From Octopus sinensis (Eukaryota), in the NCBI RefSeq assembly GCF_006345805.1, contig NC_043004.1:7502001-7566000 (forward strand): a DNA stretch of 64,000 nucleotides, given 5' to 3'. Of this stretch, positions 38,452-50,949 are shown piece after piece. Each line of letters opens with the position of its first letter. Position 1 is the first letter of the stretch. The position numbers and the translations under genes were made by a program. The notes beneath the pieces were generated by a model. The model was not told where the DNA came from, made no database searches, and was given only the letters and a program-made list of their open reading frames with translations.

Positions 38452-38843
38452 GTAAGTAATTTCTTATATTCTTCATTTTAAAATATCTTCCTCCTCCTCC
38501 TCCTCATCATCATCATCATCACCACCACCACCTTCTCCTCCTCCTCCTTAAAACAGAAGACAGATTAGTCTCCTTTTAAGAGAATACATCAATCTATTTT
38601 GGTCATCTTATCCTTTTTTTAAAACAATTTAAATTCATTTAAATGCAAGCCAACTGATGGCTCAGTAGCTGCTCTGTAAATAAGCAGCCATTGCTTATTT
38701 TGATATCACCTTACGGCTAGGTGGACTGAGCTGTTAAAAGTCACATGTCTTGTCTCTCCTGTTGATTCTGCCAACTCACTATAATGTCTTCTTATCCTCT
38801 CTTAATTCGTCTCTTTATACTTTTAACCATTTCATTATTGCAG

Positions 38844-38955
38844 CTATCGGTGCCTTAAGTGTTTCAAATTCGACATATGCCAACAATGTTTCTTCAACGG
38901 TAAAACTAAAGGCAAACACAAACTCAAGCATCCTCTGAAGGAATTTTGTGCTGTT
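38844..38955 (+). CDS. Dystrophin-family exon, ZZ finger second part ([37 protein letters not shown])
   Basis: ttgcag/gtaagt; 112 nt, phase 2 to 0; two CxxC plus HxxxH. Confidence 0.97.
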
Positions 38956-38973
38956 GTAAGTATTATTATTATA

Positions 38974-39013
<40 letters not shown>

Positions 39014-39015
<2 letters not shown>

Positions 39016-39569
39016 GAGTGAGCGAGCAGAGCATGCCATCAAAGTGACACTGGGGTAAAATATACGAAGCCCAGTATACCCATCATGACTACCCGTCTGA
39101 TAAGGGTACACCAGGCACATGCATCACAACCATATGTGCGCGACATGGTGATCTCATATCAAGATAAACAGCACATGACCTTGCAGGTGGAGCCCAGTTA
39201 GAATTTTCTTTAGATCGAGTAACCCATCCCGCTCAAAAGGTCCCTGAATAAGGGTTGTTTAAGGACGTTGAACGAAACACCCATGTTTCCAGAGGTGAAT
39301 TATTCAAACCCCAAAGAATCCTTCTCAACACATGGCTATGATGCTCCCCCACTACTTCTGCTCGTGATCAGAGATGCACATATCGTCAGCCACTAAGGGA
39401 CATGCTCAACTGGTTACGGTCAAACAACTGACAAGCAAATCTGTGGTATTGAGCAGAATATTTGCTGTAGCCCATCTTTTATACCAAGACAAAACAATGT
39501 ACATGATAACACTTCCAATCAGTTAAGATCAGAAGCCATGAGAGCCACTGCCTGGTACTGCATCAGGGC

Positions 39570-39570
<1 letters not shown>
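39014..39570 (-). mobile_element. About 560-bp non-coding element inserted in (TAA)n, copy 1
   Basis: (TAT)n on both sides; colinear second copy at 48637; terminal stem-loop ACTGGG/CCCAGT at 39049-39075. Confidence 0.8.
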
Positions 39571-39615
<45 letters not shown>

Positions 39616-39935
39616 GACTGAATAAATTGTTGTTGTTGTTACTGTATTTTTTAAATTACTGTTTCCGTTGCGATTCATTTACTGCCTCTGAGAATCCTTG
39701 GAATTGGTAGCAAAGTTTATCACTAAATTTGTGATATTTGTTTCAGTTCCAGCTAAGCAATGAAGTGATGGTCATTAATCCACAAATCATTTAATCCACA
39801 AATCCGTCATTTCTAACTCAAGGCATTGGCACTTTATTATGCGGAAAGACACTTTTCAGGTCAAAGATGTCTTGATTAAATGAAAGTTTACATTGTCACA
39901 AGGCGGTACTTGTTAACATATGGAAGATTCGATCA

Positions 39936-40006
<71 letters not shown>

Positions 40007-40095
40007 GACACACACAAACCTACGTAAAGATTATTTGGGATTTGATCCCATTTGATACTGAAGTTTTAAGTGATATATCTGTGACAGGAATTGTA

Positions 40096-40324
40096 TTAAC
40101 CTTTTCGTTACTGTATTTATTTTAAGATGCTCTGTTTTTTTCAATTACTTTAAATATAACAAAGAATTTAATAAAATAACTTAGTTATCATTAAACTAGT
40201 GTTAGGAACATAAACTGTGACTAAGGTTTGGTGGAAGATTCTAATTCAAAACTTATGAAAACAAGACATTTGTACTACAGAGCCAGAACTGGTTTCGGCC
40301 TGGGTTGGTAACAAAAGGGGTTAA
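40096..40324. mobile_element. piggyBac-type MITE
   Basis: TTAA-CCTTTTCGTTAC ... GTAACAAAAGGGG-TTAA. Confidence 0.75.
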
Positions 40325-40472
40325 ATAGCTAAATAATGGCTGGTGTCTGAGATGTAGCAAGACAAACAGGAATGGTTGGCAGTGATGTCATAATTATTGC
40401 AGAAAGAATATGAAGAAGTGTTTTGTGTTTAGCGCTAATTTGTTTCGTTAATGCCAAATGTTTATTTTGCAG

Positions 40473-40612
40473 GCCAGCACCAAACAAGATATGAAAGCAT
40501 TCCTAATTACTGTGAGAAACAACTTGAGTAAAAAACACAGGTACAAACGTCGAGTAAAATACCTACCTGTAGATAATTGCAACAGCAGTATTGGAGGTGG
40601 CAGCGACACAAT
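40473..40612 (+). CDS. Dystrophin-family exon (ASTKQDMKAFLITVRNNLSKKHRYKRRVKYLPVDNCNSSIGGGSDT)
   Basis: ttgcag/gtaagt; 140 nt, phase 0 to 2; D...F...+N...K....YLPV pattern of dystrophins. Confidence 0.94.
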
Positions 40613-40728
40613 GTAAGTGCCGTGGTTTTCTTTGAAACTGCATGTTGTGTAGGTTAGCCATAAAGATGATACATTTCTGGCATTTTGTGTTCATTTACGT
40701 TAAAAATGAAATTGTGTGTTATAACCTT

Positions 40729-40802
<74 letters not shown>

Positions 40803-41096
40803 AAAGGTGGCAATTGGGAACCACCTTTGTGTCCTCCAAGTTAGTGCACTAACCACTATCATGCTGACCAGTCTTGGAGAACATGGACACAACCTCTTCC
40901 TCCAGACCAAACTAAAAATAACAATGGTTTTATGTTGGAACAGAATAAACTGCTCCATTGAGTTTATCTCGTCCTTTTAACTGACAAAGATTCTCTGTCA
41001 CTTTAGTCATCTCTCAGATCTGTTTCATCTGGTCCAGACTCGTTGCCTCTCTTCACGACTTCCTTGTTCTTAAATGCTCGAGATTTTCCATTACAG

Positions 41097-41292
41097 GTCG
41101 ACTGCATCAACTCGGAGGTCTACAATGTACGAAGAACAGGTTTCTCGGCTTACCACAAGTCATGCATCTGATAGTGCTTCCAGTGCTCCAGCTAGGCTTT
41201 GTGAAATGGAACATCCAACCAGAGCAAAGCAAACATGTTCAAAATCTTTACAAACTGATAATCTGATGGTATCAGTCAGTGTCCACAACAAG
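41097..41292 (+). CDS. Dystrophin-family exon (STASTRRSTMYEEQ...ARLCEME...SVHNK)
   Basis: ttacag/gtaaga; 196 nt, phase 2 to 0, needed to bridge phases; ARLCEME resembles dystrophin SRLAEME. Confidence 0.85.
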
Positions 41293-41458
41293 GTAAGAAG
41301 CAATGCTTCCGTGTCTCTCTCTTGAAATACATTCAAAACAGTAAATAAATGGTAATTTATTGTTCAATCAGGAAAGTTTGATAATTGATATAATTATTAT
41401 TATTATATGAAGCAGAGATTGTTGTCATTGACTTATATTAATTATAGATTATTAGGAA

Positions 41459-41832
41459 ATGGTACCATTCGAGCTTTGGTGTTGGAAAAGACTTTTACGG
41501 ATTCCATGGACAGTGAGGCTCACCAATGGAGAAGTTCTTAACCAGATCAAGCCGAAACTGTCGCTAGAAGCTAGGATCACCAAGCATAGATTGACATATT
41601 TTGGTCATATTATGTGGAGAAAATCCCTGGAGAAGGACATCATGCTCGGAATGGTCAGTGGCAAGAGAGGAAGAGGCTGACCAAGAACCCGCTGGCTTGA
41701 CACCATCAAGAGTGATATGGGAATGGACATAGCCAATCTGAAAGAAGCGACCCGGGATAGAACTGACCGAAGGACACTGATCCATCGAGTAACCGAGAGT
41801 CGACTTCGACTGAGCGGATAGATAGATAGATA
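41459..41832 (+). mobile_element. RTE/BovB-type LINE 3' fragment with (GATA)n tail
   Basis: FELWCWKRLLRIPWT...YFGHIM...GMVSGKRGRG*PRTRWLD with an internal stop; atagattat repeated at both ends. Confidence 0.9.
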
Positions 41833-41947
41833 GATTATGAAATTGTGTTCGTTAAAATTCCTATTGGTTCAATGTATTCATTGATTACATTTTCATAAAA
41901 TGCCCATCACACTTTTTAGAATAATTCTAAATCTTTACTTTTTATAG

Positions 41948-42039
41948 GAAAACCGTACACCATCTCCAACAGAAACGGTAGCTTTGCAACAAGTACAGGA
42001 ACTCCAGAAGATTATTCGAGATTTGGAGTCTGAAAATCG
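41948..42039 (+). CDS. Dystrophin-family exon, coiled-coil helix 1 (ENRTPSPTETVALQQVQELQKIIRDLESENR)
   Basis: ttatag/gtaaat; 92 nt, phase 0 to 2; matches dystrophin ELERILADLEEENR. Confidence 0.92.
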
Positions 42040-42289
42040 GTAAATGATGCCCATTTTTGTGCAATTTGTGTTAATTGGTTTGATTCTACGACCAAATAAT
42101 TATTATATACATCTCTTTAGTTAAGTGCACTTCATTAGACTTGAGTAGAATTGTAACAAGGAGGGAATTGATGTATCCATCAATGGGTCTGTTGCATGTA
42201 TTTCATGCACATTCTTGCAACACCCAATCATTACAAGAATTTTCTTGGCTCCATCAGTACCACTTCATCTTGCATTATTAGTTCAATTC

Positions 42290-42510
42290 AAAGGCGGTGA
42301 GCTGGCAGAAACATTAGCACGCTGGGCAAAATGCTTAGTGGTATTTCGTCTGTCTTTGCATTCTGAGTTCAAATTCCACCGAGGTTCACTTTGCCCTTCA
42401 TCCTTTAAGGGTTGATAAATTAAGTACCAGTTGCATACTGGGGTCAATATAATTGACTGGTCCCCTCTCCCAAAAATTTTAGGCCTTGTGCCTGGAGTAG
42501 AAAAGAATAT
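42290..42510 (+). mobile_element. tRNA-headed SINE, family C
   Basis: aggcggtgagctggcagaa head through cctggagtagaaaagaat tail. Confidence 0.88.
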
Positions 42511-43049
42511 TAGTTCAATTCAAAAATATTGAACAACACTCAACAAATTCTAAATAAATGATAGTTTTAGACAAAGACTTGTAAATATTGACATGTAAAA
42601 TACTATACTATTTTTACCATTTCTGTTGAGCTGCAGATATATTAAAAATCATTCCAGTTGGATACTTAAAAGTTCTCATGGTAATTTCAAATGTGTGGAG
42701 CTTGAATTAATAAAAAAGTAATTTATCTGAAAGTTTCTTTGTGCCTGAATTAGCATATTTTGACTCAAGGTTCAACAATAATCACCAATAAAACCTCTTT
42801 AAGTAATCTAAATGAACTTCTTTAATTAAACTGCAGTCTGAAAAATAGTCACTCAATCATTACACTAGAATTTGCTTTCTTACACTTTTATGTTGGCCGG
42901 GTTTATAGGTTCTGAAATTTTTATAGATTTCTCTGACTCCTTATCCTTTCTACCTTTCCCCTTATCCTTTTCAGAAGCTAATTAGTTGAATGGAATTAAC
43001 TGATTGGTTTATGGACACAATTCTGTTTCTTTATCTCTATGAAACTCTT

Positions 43050-43295
43050 TACCAATTTTTTCTTCTTCGTCTTCTTTTTCTTCTTCTTCTTCTTCTTCTT
43101 CTTCTTCTTCTTCTTCTTCTTCTCTCCTCCTCCTCCTCCTCCTCCTCCTCCTCCTCCTCATCATCATCATCATCATCATCATCCTTCCTCTCCTCCTCCA
43201 CCTCCTCATCTTTCTTCTTCTCCTCCTCCTCCTCATCATCCTTCCTCTCCTCCTCCTCATCATCATCCTCATCCTTCTTCTCCTCCTCCTCACCC
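43050..43295. repeat. Compound trinucleotide microsatellite (CTT)n-(CCT)n-(CAT)n
   Basis: Directly visible; explains the poly-E/R/P/S ORFs in the track. Confidence 0.97.
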
Positions 43296-43739
43296 AAAAT
43301 AAACTTCCACTACCAACACACAATACCTCTTCACTAAACAGGTGTGTTGTTCATTCAAACTGCATAATTAAATGAACTACTCCTGTACAAGCCACCACCT
43401 ACATCCGTCAGCTGTTGTCTTTAATGTCCGAACACTCTCCTGGTTTACTTCTGCTCTACATATTTCATAGGAGGGGGAAATGTATAGATGCTTCTTGATT
43501 CTCTGGCTGTCTACAGTCTCAACCTTTCCCACCAACATTGCAACATTGTATAATATTGGTTTCTTGCTTTGGAATGAAGAGAGCTGCTGACCCCAGTGTA
43601 TAACTGATACTGTTTTTTTTTTTTTTTTTGCTTGGGGCATTGGAAGTTAGTTGATCTCAAAAGGAATTAAACTCTGAACATAGAAACGAAACTAAATGTC
43701 AGAAGACATTTCATTCAGTATCTATTTCCGCAATTCACA

Positions 43740-44228
43740 TTCATCATCATCATCATTTAACGTCCGCTTTCCATGCTGGCAAGGGTTGGACAGTTTGACT
43801 GAGGGTTGTCGAGGCACAAGGCTGCACCAGCCTCCAATCTGATCTGGCAAAGTTTCTACAGCTAGATGCCCTTCCTAATGCCAACTACACCGAGAGTGTA
43901 ATGGGTGCTTTTATGTACCACCAGCACAGGAGCCAGCCCAGTGGCACTGACATCAGCCACTCTCAAATGGTGCTTTTTTTATGTGCCACCGACACAGGAG
44001 CCAGTCATCGACCCTGGCAACGATCACGCTCCAGTTGTGCTTTTAACATTCCACTGGCACAGGTGCCAATCAGGCAGTACTGTCATCGGCCACGACAGCA
44101 ATTTCACTTGCCTCAACAGGTTTTTGCAAGCATAGTTTATTGTCCAGTGATTGAAGGGTACTCTTGAATGGGGCTGGTTATACAGCACTGGCACAGGCCA
44201 TGGTTATGGTCTCACTTGGCTTGCCAAA
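43740..44228 (-). mobile_element. Family A retroposon with internal tandem units
   Basis: Same motifs. Confidence 0.85.
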
Positions 44229-44336
44229 CAAGTCACCGTTTCTTGTCACAACTGATTAAATATCTTGGAGTAGTTTGTGGTTATTTGTTTTCTCCCATGT
44301 GTGTATTGAAACCTGCTTAATTTATTTTTCTTTCAG

Positions 44337-44514
44337 AAATCTCTATCGGCAGTTGGCTGAAATTCGAGACAATGGAACAGACAGCTGCAGTAGCTTGTCA
44401 TATGGAGATGACATTGAAATGGAGAAAGAATTGGTCGAAGCGAAAAAGGAAGTTGTGGACGACCATAATCTGAGGCTGAATAAGCAGCTGAATCGAGTTC
44501 ACGTCATGCTGAAG
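44337..44514 (+). CDS. Dystrophin-family exon, coiled coil (NLYRQLAEIR...VDDHNLRLNKQLNRVHVMLK)
   Basis: tttcag/gtaaaa; 178 nt, phase 2 to 0; DHNxxLxxQLxR matches dystrophin EDHNKQLESQLHRL. Confidence 0.92.
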
Positions 44515-44533
44515 GTAAAAAAAGAAAAAAAAT

Positions 44534-44980
44534 TACAGGGGTTGGATAAAATAATGGAAACACCTTAAATTTTCAAACAAATTTATTTTAATATCGGATA
44601 GGAACGCCTTTGGCAGTAATTACAGCTTGAATTCTACAAGGTATGGACTTGTACAAAGTTTGAATTGTTTCCAAAGGAATTTTTGTCCATTCTTCAGCTA
44701 AAACAGTCTCCAGTTCTTGTAGTGATGATGGTGGAGGATATTGACTCTTTACTTGTTTTTCTAAAATACACCATAAATGTTCAATAATATTGAGATCTGG
44801 AGACTGTGGTGGCCAGATAAGATAGATGATATCTGAAAAGAAACAGCAATTTTAGCAAAACATATTAAGCAACTCTAATAATAAATCAAAAAACATAAAA
44901 TCAACCAAGCTTTTGACGGTTTTATAGATATTTCAAAATTATGATGCTTGGTGTTTCCATTATTTTGTCCAACCTCTGTA
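44534..44980 (-). mobile_element. Internally deleted Tc1/mariner element
   Basis: TA-bounded TIRs TACAGGGGTTGGATAAAATAATGGAAACACC / GGTGTTTCCATTATTTTGTCCAACCTCTGTA; minus strand encodes WPPQSPDLNIIEHLW...EEWTKIP...RIQAVITAKG. Confidence 0.93.
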
Positions 44981-45962
44981 GAATCAAATATAATTTGAAA
45001 TGGTTGTTCGTTAATTAAGGTAACATTTGCATAGTTCTTATATTTGAAAACCTGTCAGGCAGAATTGAAATTGGAATATATTTTCATCAACGAAGGAGGA
45101 AAAAAAATAAAATAGAAAGCTTCTGGCAGTGCACAAGTTTCCCAAAACCCTTTCATTTCAGAAACATTCTGGGAAATGTCCAGTTACACGGGTTCCATTA
45201 ATCCCTTTCTTCAATATTACAATGCTTCAAGCAAACTACAACACTCTTAGAATAATAATAATGAAATTATTGTATACAGTGCGCAGGTGCACCACAACTT
45301 GTCAAAAGTGCGTATAAAGCATATGCAGTAATGTAGAAATGTCTGGGAAGAGAACAGTGTATGAGTTAGATACATGCTTGCTTGTGTGTATGGAGGTGAG
45401 AAAATCAGGGGTAGTGTTGGCAAATCTCAGGAAGTTTTGAAGGATGCAGTGATATTTTCATTAATTTGAGCAAAAAGAGCAAAATCTATAACTTTTTTTC
45501 AGTTTCCTTCAGCTGTAAGACACGGATTATTTGGTTGGGATTAATGTAAATCCTGCTTAGTTTGAATAGTTGAAGATTAGTGTGCTTGGAGTTCATTAAT
45601 TAGAATTGTTAATTATGCTCTTGATTTCTGTCATTATTTGCTCCATTAATTATACAATTGAATGAAATGCCTTTGCTGTGGAAATACTAGTCTCTTTCCT
45701 GGCTGACATTTTTGTCTTCTGAAAAATATGAAGAATAATTAAAACGTTTGGCATTGTTAAAATTACAGAATTCCAAATCACTATAAAATATGACAAACTG
45801 GAGTTAATAGCAATCATCATCATTTAACATCCGCTTTCCATGCTAGCATGGGTTGGACAATTTCCGGGTTATTTCCCTTCATTAGCACAGAATAATTGTT
45901 CGGCTAGAGGTAGCGCTGCCAAATTGCCATTCGAAATATGTAGTTTTCAAAGTGACAACTAG

Positions 45963-46282
45963 TCATCATCATCATCATCATCGTTTGATGTCCGCTTTCC
46001 ATGCTAGCATGGGTTGGACGATTTGACAGAGGGCTGGCAGACCAGATGGCTGCACCAGGCTCCAATCTTGATCTGGCAGTTTCTACAGCTGGATGCCCTT
46101 CGTAACACCAACCACTCCAAGAGTGTAGTGGATGCTTTTACGTGCCACTGGCATGAGGGCCAGTCAGGCAGTACTGGCAACGGCCATGCTCAAGTGGTGT
46201 GTTTTACGTACCACCTGCACAGGTGCCAGTCCAGCGGCACTGGCAATGACCTCGCTCGAATGTTTTTCACGTGCCAGTAAGG
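45963..46282 (-). mobile_element. Family A retroposon (short truncated copy also at about 45814-45860)
   Basis: Same motifs. Confidence 0.85.
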
Positions 46283-46478
46283 CAATATATAAAATTAACA
46301 TGATACTGATTTTTAATGTTGAGAAATTTTTCATTTCTACATTTTGTGTTAATTTATGATCTATCACTAATAGAGAATTTCTTTCGGAGGCAAAAGTTGC
46401 TTTCTGTGCATTTTTGTACATTTTCAATAAAGTGTGTTTGTAAATTTAAAATGAATCTTTTTCTCTGTTTCCTTGTAG

Positions 46479-47046
46479 AATAATGCAGCAACTGAAAAAT
46501 ACCAAAATCCAGTGGTAACAAATGGAACTAACCACAATAATTCACCTTTAAAAAATGGTTACCACTTAAAGAATGGTTATAATTTTCCTAATGGATTCCA
46601 TATTCCACAGAATGGTTTTAAACCACAAACAATTCCTCCATTTACAAATGGTTACAAGTCATATAATGGCCTGCAAACCCAAAATGGTTATAAACTACCA
46701 AATGGTTTCCTTCACCAAACTAATCCTCAAAATGGATTTCCAATTCAGAATGGTTTCCAAACCTCCAATAATTACCAGTTCCATAATGACCATTCTTCAC
46801 AAGGTGGCTTCAGTTTACAGAATGGGTCAGAGCTTCCTGCACTTCTTAAAGAACCACCACCTTATTCTAATATGACCAGCGTACCTGAAATAGACATTAA
46901 TTTTGACCAATCCACTCTTGACTCGACTCATAAGTTTGATGTTTCTTCACCATGTTCTTCAATTATTTCTCCAAGTGAGGCAGAAGAGGAAATGGACAAA
47001 TTGGTGAAAAAATTGAGAGCATTTCCACAGAATCATTCTTACTCAG
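46479..47046 (+). CDS. Dystrophin-family large exon with Asn-Gly-(Phe/Tyr) repeats, ending EEEMDKLVKKLRAFPQNHSYS
   Basis: ttgtag/gtaagt; 568 nt open, phase 0 to 1; longest ORF in the track (46512); end resembles dystrophin LEEVMEQLNNSFP. Confidence 0.88.
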
Positions 47047-47137
47047 GTAAGTGTGTGTGTGTGTGTGTATAAACAGATGTAATTGAAAACCCCTGATCAA
47101 ATACCCATCCAGAATTCCATGTGTTGTAGAGATAATG

Positions 47138-47760
47138 CCATCATCATCATCATCATCATCGTTTAACATCCGTTTTCCATACTAGCATGGGTTGGATGGT
47201 TCAACCGGGGTCTGGGAAGCCAGGAAGCAGCACCAGGCTCCAGTCTGATCTGGCAGTTGTTTCTACAGCTGGATGCCCTTCCTAACGCCAACCACTCCAA
47301 GAGTGTAGTGGGTGCTTTTTACGTGCCACCAGCACAGGGGCCAGAGCAAGCTGGCAAACAGCCACAATTGGTTGGTGCTTTTTACATGTCACCAACACAG
47401 ACGCCAGTCAAGCGGCGCTGGTATTGGCCACGTTCGGATGGTGCTTTTTACGTGTCACCGGCACGGGTATCTTAACTACAGTTTCCATTTGATTTTAATT
47501 TTGATGTTGGTGTTGATGTACTTGACTCAATAGGTCTCCTCAAGAACAGCGGGTCAGTCATGAACTCACTCCATTTGTCGGGTCTTCACAATCACAGCAT
47601 ATCTCAGAGGTCTCGGTCTTCGTCATTTCCTCTGTGAGGCTCTACGTGCCACCGGTATGGGTATCACAAATGCAATACCCTTACGATTTTTATTTGATGT
47701 TGATGAACTTGACACAATAGGTCTCCTCAAGCACAGCAGGCCGTCCTGCAAGCCAGCCAC
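47138..47760 (-). mobile_element. Family A retroposon, long copy with partial internal duplication
   Basis: Same motifs; caataggtctcctcaag appears twice (about 47528 and 47716). Confidence 0.8.
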
Positions 47761-48636
47761 GAACTCACTAATGCCATGGTATGTTTATATCTTCATTCCT
47801 TTTGATCTACGATGCCAAATGTTGTATGTTACCTGATCGAATTAATCAGTGCAGAGAAAGTGGATGGAGTGAAATCGCTAGTAAAAAAGAACGGTGGATT
47901 TAAGGTTTTGCTTCTGTTGACTACGGAAGGTTTACTTCTTCAGGCAAAAGGCAGATTTTACGGAAAGAGAAACCTTTGTTGCCAAAAAAAAACTTCACAT
48001 TACCGAGACTTGTCGAATATCTCCCTTTTAAATAATCTATATTCAAGTTATATAAGATGATTACCAAGTTGAAGGAGTCACTGAATGACCACCTTAAACT
48101 GTTTCACTACAGAAATAATAAATTTTAAAAACCCTATTATTGAAAAAAAAATCTAGTGCAGCGTTTGTAAGGGAGGTAACTGCTCCTCAGTTAAAGGGAA
48201 GTAAGCCATGATTTTACTTTAATGTAGTTAAGTTTCTAACACCCTTCCATATGTATAAGCGTACGTGTTATATATTGAGTATGATTATAAGTTACCTGAA
48301 ATACCTACAGTGATTGGATCATTGGAAATCTGTAACTAACACTGTTCACAAATGTGTGTGTATTAAAAATCAGCAACGATATATTTTGATTTCTTGTATT
48401 GGCATAAGGTCCAAATGTCAAATAAGATCAACTTATGTCCATGTTCGTAATGTTTAGGAAGAAAAGTCTATTTTATTGTTGCCTTAAACCTACAGAAGAG
48501 AGGAAGTGGGTGTGTCGGGTGTTTGCCCCTCTTATGTCTCTTTTGCTCTCATCACAACACTGTGTTTTCTTATTTTATTTTACTATTTCTAAAAAATACT
48601 GTTGGTGTTTTTATTTCATGACTTACCACCACATTA

Positions 48637-49176
48637 TTGGGTGTGAGAGTAGTGAATGCCAGAGTGACACTGGGGTAAAATATACGAAGCCCAGTATACC
48701 CATCATGACTACCTGTCTGATAAGAGTACACCAGGCACATGCATCACAACCATATGTGCGCGACATGGTGACCTCATACCAAGATAAACAGCACATGACC
48801 TTGCAGGTGGGGGTCCAATTAGAATTTTCTTCAGGTCGAGTAGCCCATCCCGCTCAAAAGGTCCCTGAATAAGGATTGTTTAAGGTTGTTGAATGAAACA
48901 CCCATGTTTCCAAAGGTGAATTATCCAAACCTCTAAGAATTCCTTTCAACAAACAGCTATGATGCTCCCCCACTACTTCTGCTCGTGATCAGAGATGCAC
49001 ATATCGTCAGCCACTAAGGGACATGCTCAACTGGTTAAGGTCAAACAACTGACAAGCAAATCTGTGGTATTGAGCAGAATATTTGAGTAGACCATCTTTT
49101 ATACCAAGACAAAACAATGTACATGATAACACTTCCAATCAGTTAAGATGAGAGCTGCTGCCTGGTACTGCATCAT
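48637..49176 (-). mobile_element. About 540-bp non-coding (TAA)n-associated element, copy 2
   Basis: Colinear with 39014-39570. Confidence 0.8.
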
Positions 49177-49606
49177 GGCTGCTGCTGCTATGATTATTAT
49201 TATTATTATTCCTCTTCTTTTTCCTCCTCCTTCTTCTATTTCTTTGCAATCCAATCAGTTGGTACGTCATTTTTTCCTTCATCATTTTTCTTCATCAAAT
49301 GGCAAAGTGTGTACGTATTTTCTTACTTTGAAGCTGTGTACAGCTGGAGCACTAGCTTTGAATCTCTTTTATCCCTGTATCCAAATTGTGTTACTTTCTA
49401 GACAAAGATGGTGACTCCATATCTTCTAGTTCTTGTTCATATTTTTCGGCTGAAAAAGACTTTTCATATTCAAGTAAGACAACATCACCCGCACGTGCAC
49501 ATGCACTCATTTACACACGCTCACACTCATGCGCACACATGCACATTAGAGAGCACAATTGATACTTTACACAAAAATATTTATTTGTATAAATATTATA
49601 AAAAGC

Positions 49607-49637
<31 letters not shown>

Positions 49638-49857
49638 TCTATCTATTTATTCAAATGAAATAATTTTGAATTTAAGGTTCTGCAAGCAAAAATTTGCTCT
49701 TTAAAAGTTATGACAACAGTTTTTATGCGACTCTTTACTCTATAAACTTTACTTTTCCCATAGATTATTCTTCTTGTTTGTCTGTTCATTACTTGGATGT
49801 ATAAGTTTATACACATATACAACTGATGGAATCATAGTTCTGTGTCCAGTACAAGCA

Positions 49858-50130
49858 ATCATCATTGTTTAACGTCCACTTTCCATGCTGGCATGAGTTG
49901 GACGCTTTGACTGAGGACTGGCAAACCAGAAGGCTGTACCAGGGTCCAATCTGATCTAGCAGAATTTCTACAGCTGGATGCCCTTCCTAATGTCAAACAC
50001 TCCATGAGTGTAGTGGGTGCTTTTTATGTGCCACCAGCACGAGTGCCAATCAGGCGGTACTGGCATTGACTATGCTTGAATGGTACTTTTTATGTGCCAC
50101 CAGCATGGAGAACCAGTCAGGCAGCACTAT
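49858..50130 (-). mobile_element. Family A retroposon
   Basis: Same motifs. Confidence 0.82.
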
Positions 50131-50949
50131 GTATGCATGTACTTGGTCAGTTCATTTTTATAGTAAATTGATATTAATTTTATGGAGCACTGTAGTGGTA
50201 GACTTTATATAAAAAAAATATTTTCTTGTTGTATTGGAAAGTATTTCATGTGTGCACACACTCAAACGAATTGCTTTAGCGAGTAATTACCTCTATGTTG
50301 TAGTCTTGTTATTTCAGTAGCTTCCACCACTCAGCACTGCTTCTTTCGTAATTCACTGTAGAAACATATTAATCTCTGTGTGTGGATGACTTTTCCACTT
50401 CACTTTTGCTGCTATAATATTGTTGGAAATACATGAATGTCACATAATCTCATCTTTTTATAAATGGTGATGACTTACGGATGAGCTCAAAACTCAAAAG
50501 GTTGATTAATTTTAATTATTTGTTTTAAAAACATTACCATACATGTGTGTAACGAATGACACATAAGGTCCACAGCCACCATCATCATCATCATTGTCAT
50601 CATTATTATCATGTGTATATCTCATAACTATCTGAAAATAAATGGTGGATTGTGAAATCTTTAGAATTTCTGAATTATGCTGACAAGCATGAGACATGAT
50701 TAATATTTCTGGTGCAGTAAAGACATACTACCATTCTGTCTCCAAGAATTATTCCGTGTCACTACTCAAATCATCAGGGTTCATATATTTTCTGAAAGAC
50801 CAGTTACCCATAGGAATAGCACTAGAGAGAACACATCAACCAATTCCTAAGCCAATGGATCCAGCAGTCTTGGAAGGATTCTTTGTGAAATACTTATCAT
50901 GCACCACTGTTTTCACAAACCACTCGCCTTTGCTAAGATGAGTGCTGCC

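Noticed and set aside
39540-39572. Hammerhead core at the end of the TAA-associated element (CTGATGCA on minus strand)
   Set aside because: CTGATGC is not CUGANGA, and no stem II or GAAA box follows
42990-43337. Poly-Glu/Arg/Pro/Ser ORFs
   Set aside because: Translations of a compound trinucleotide microsatellite in several frames
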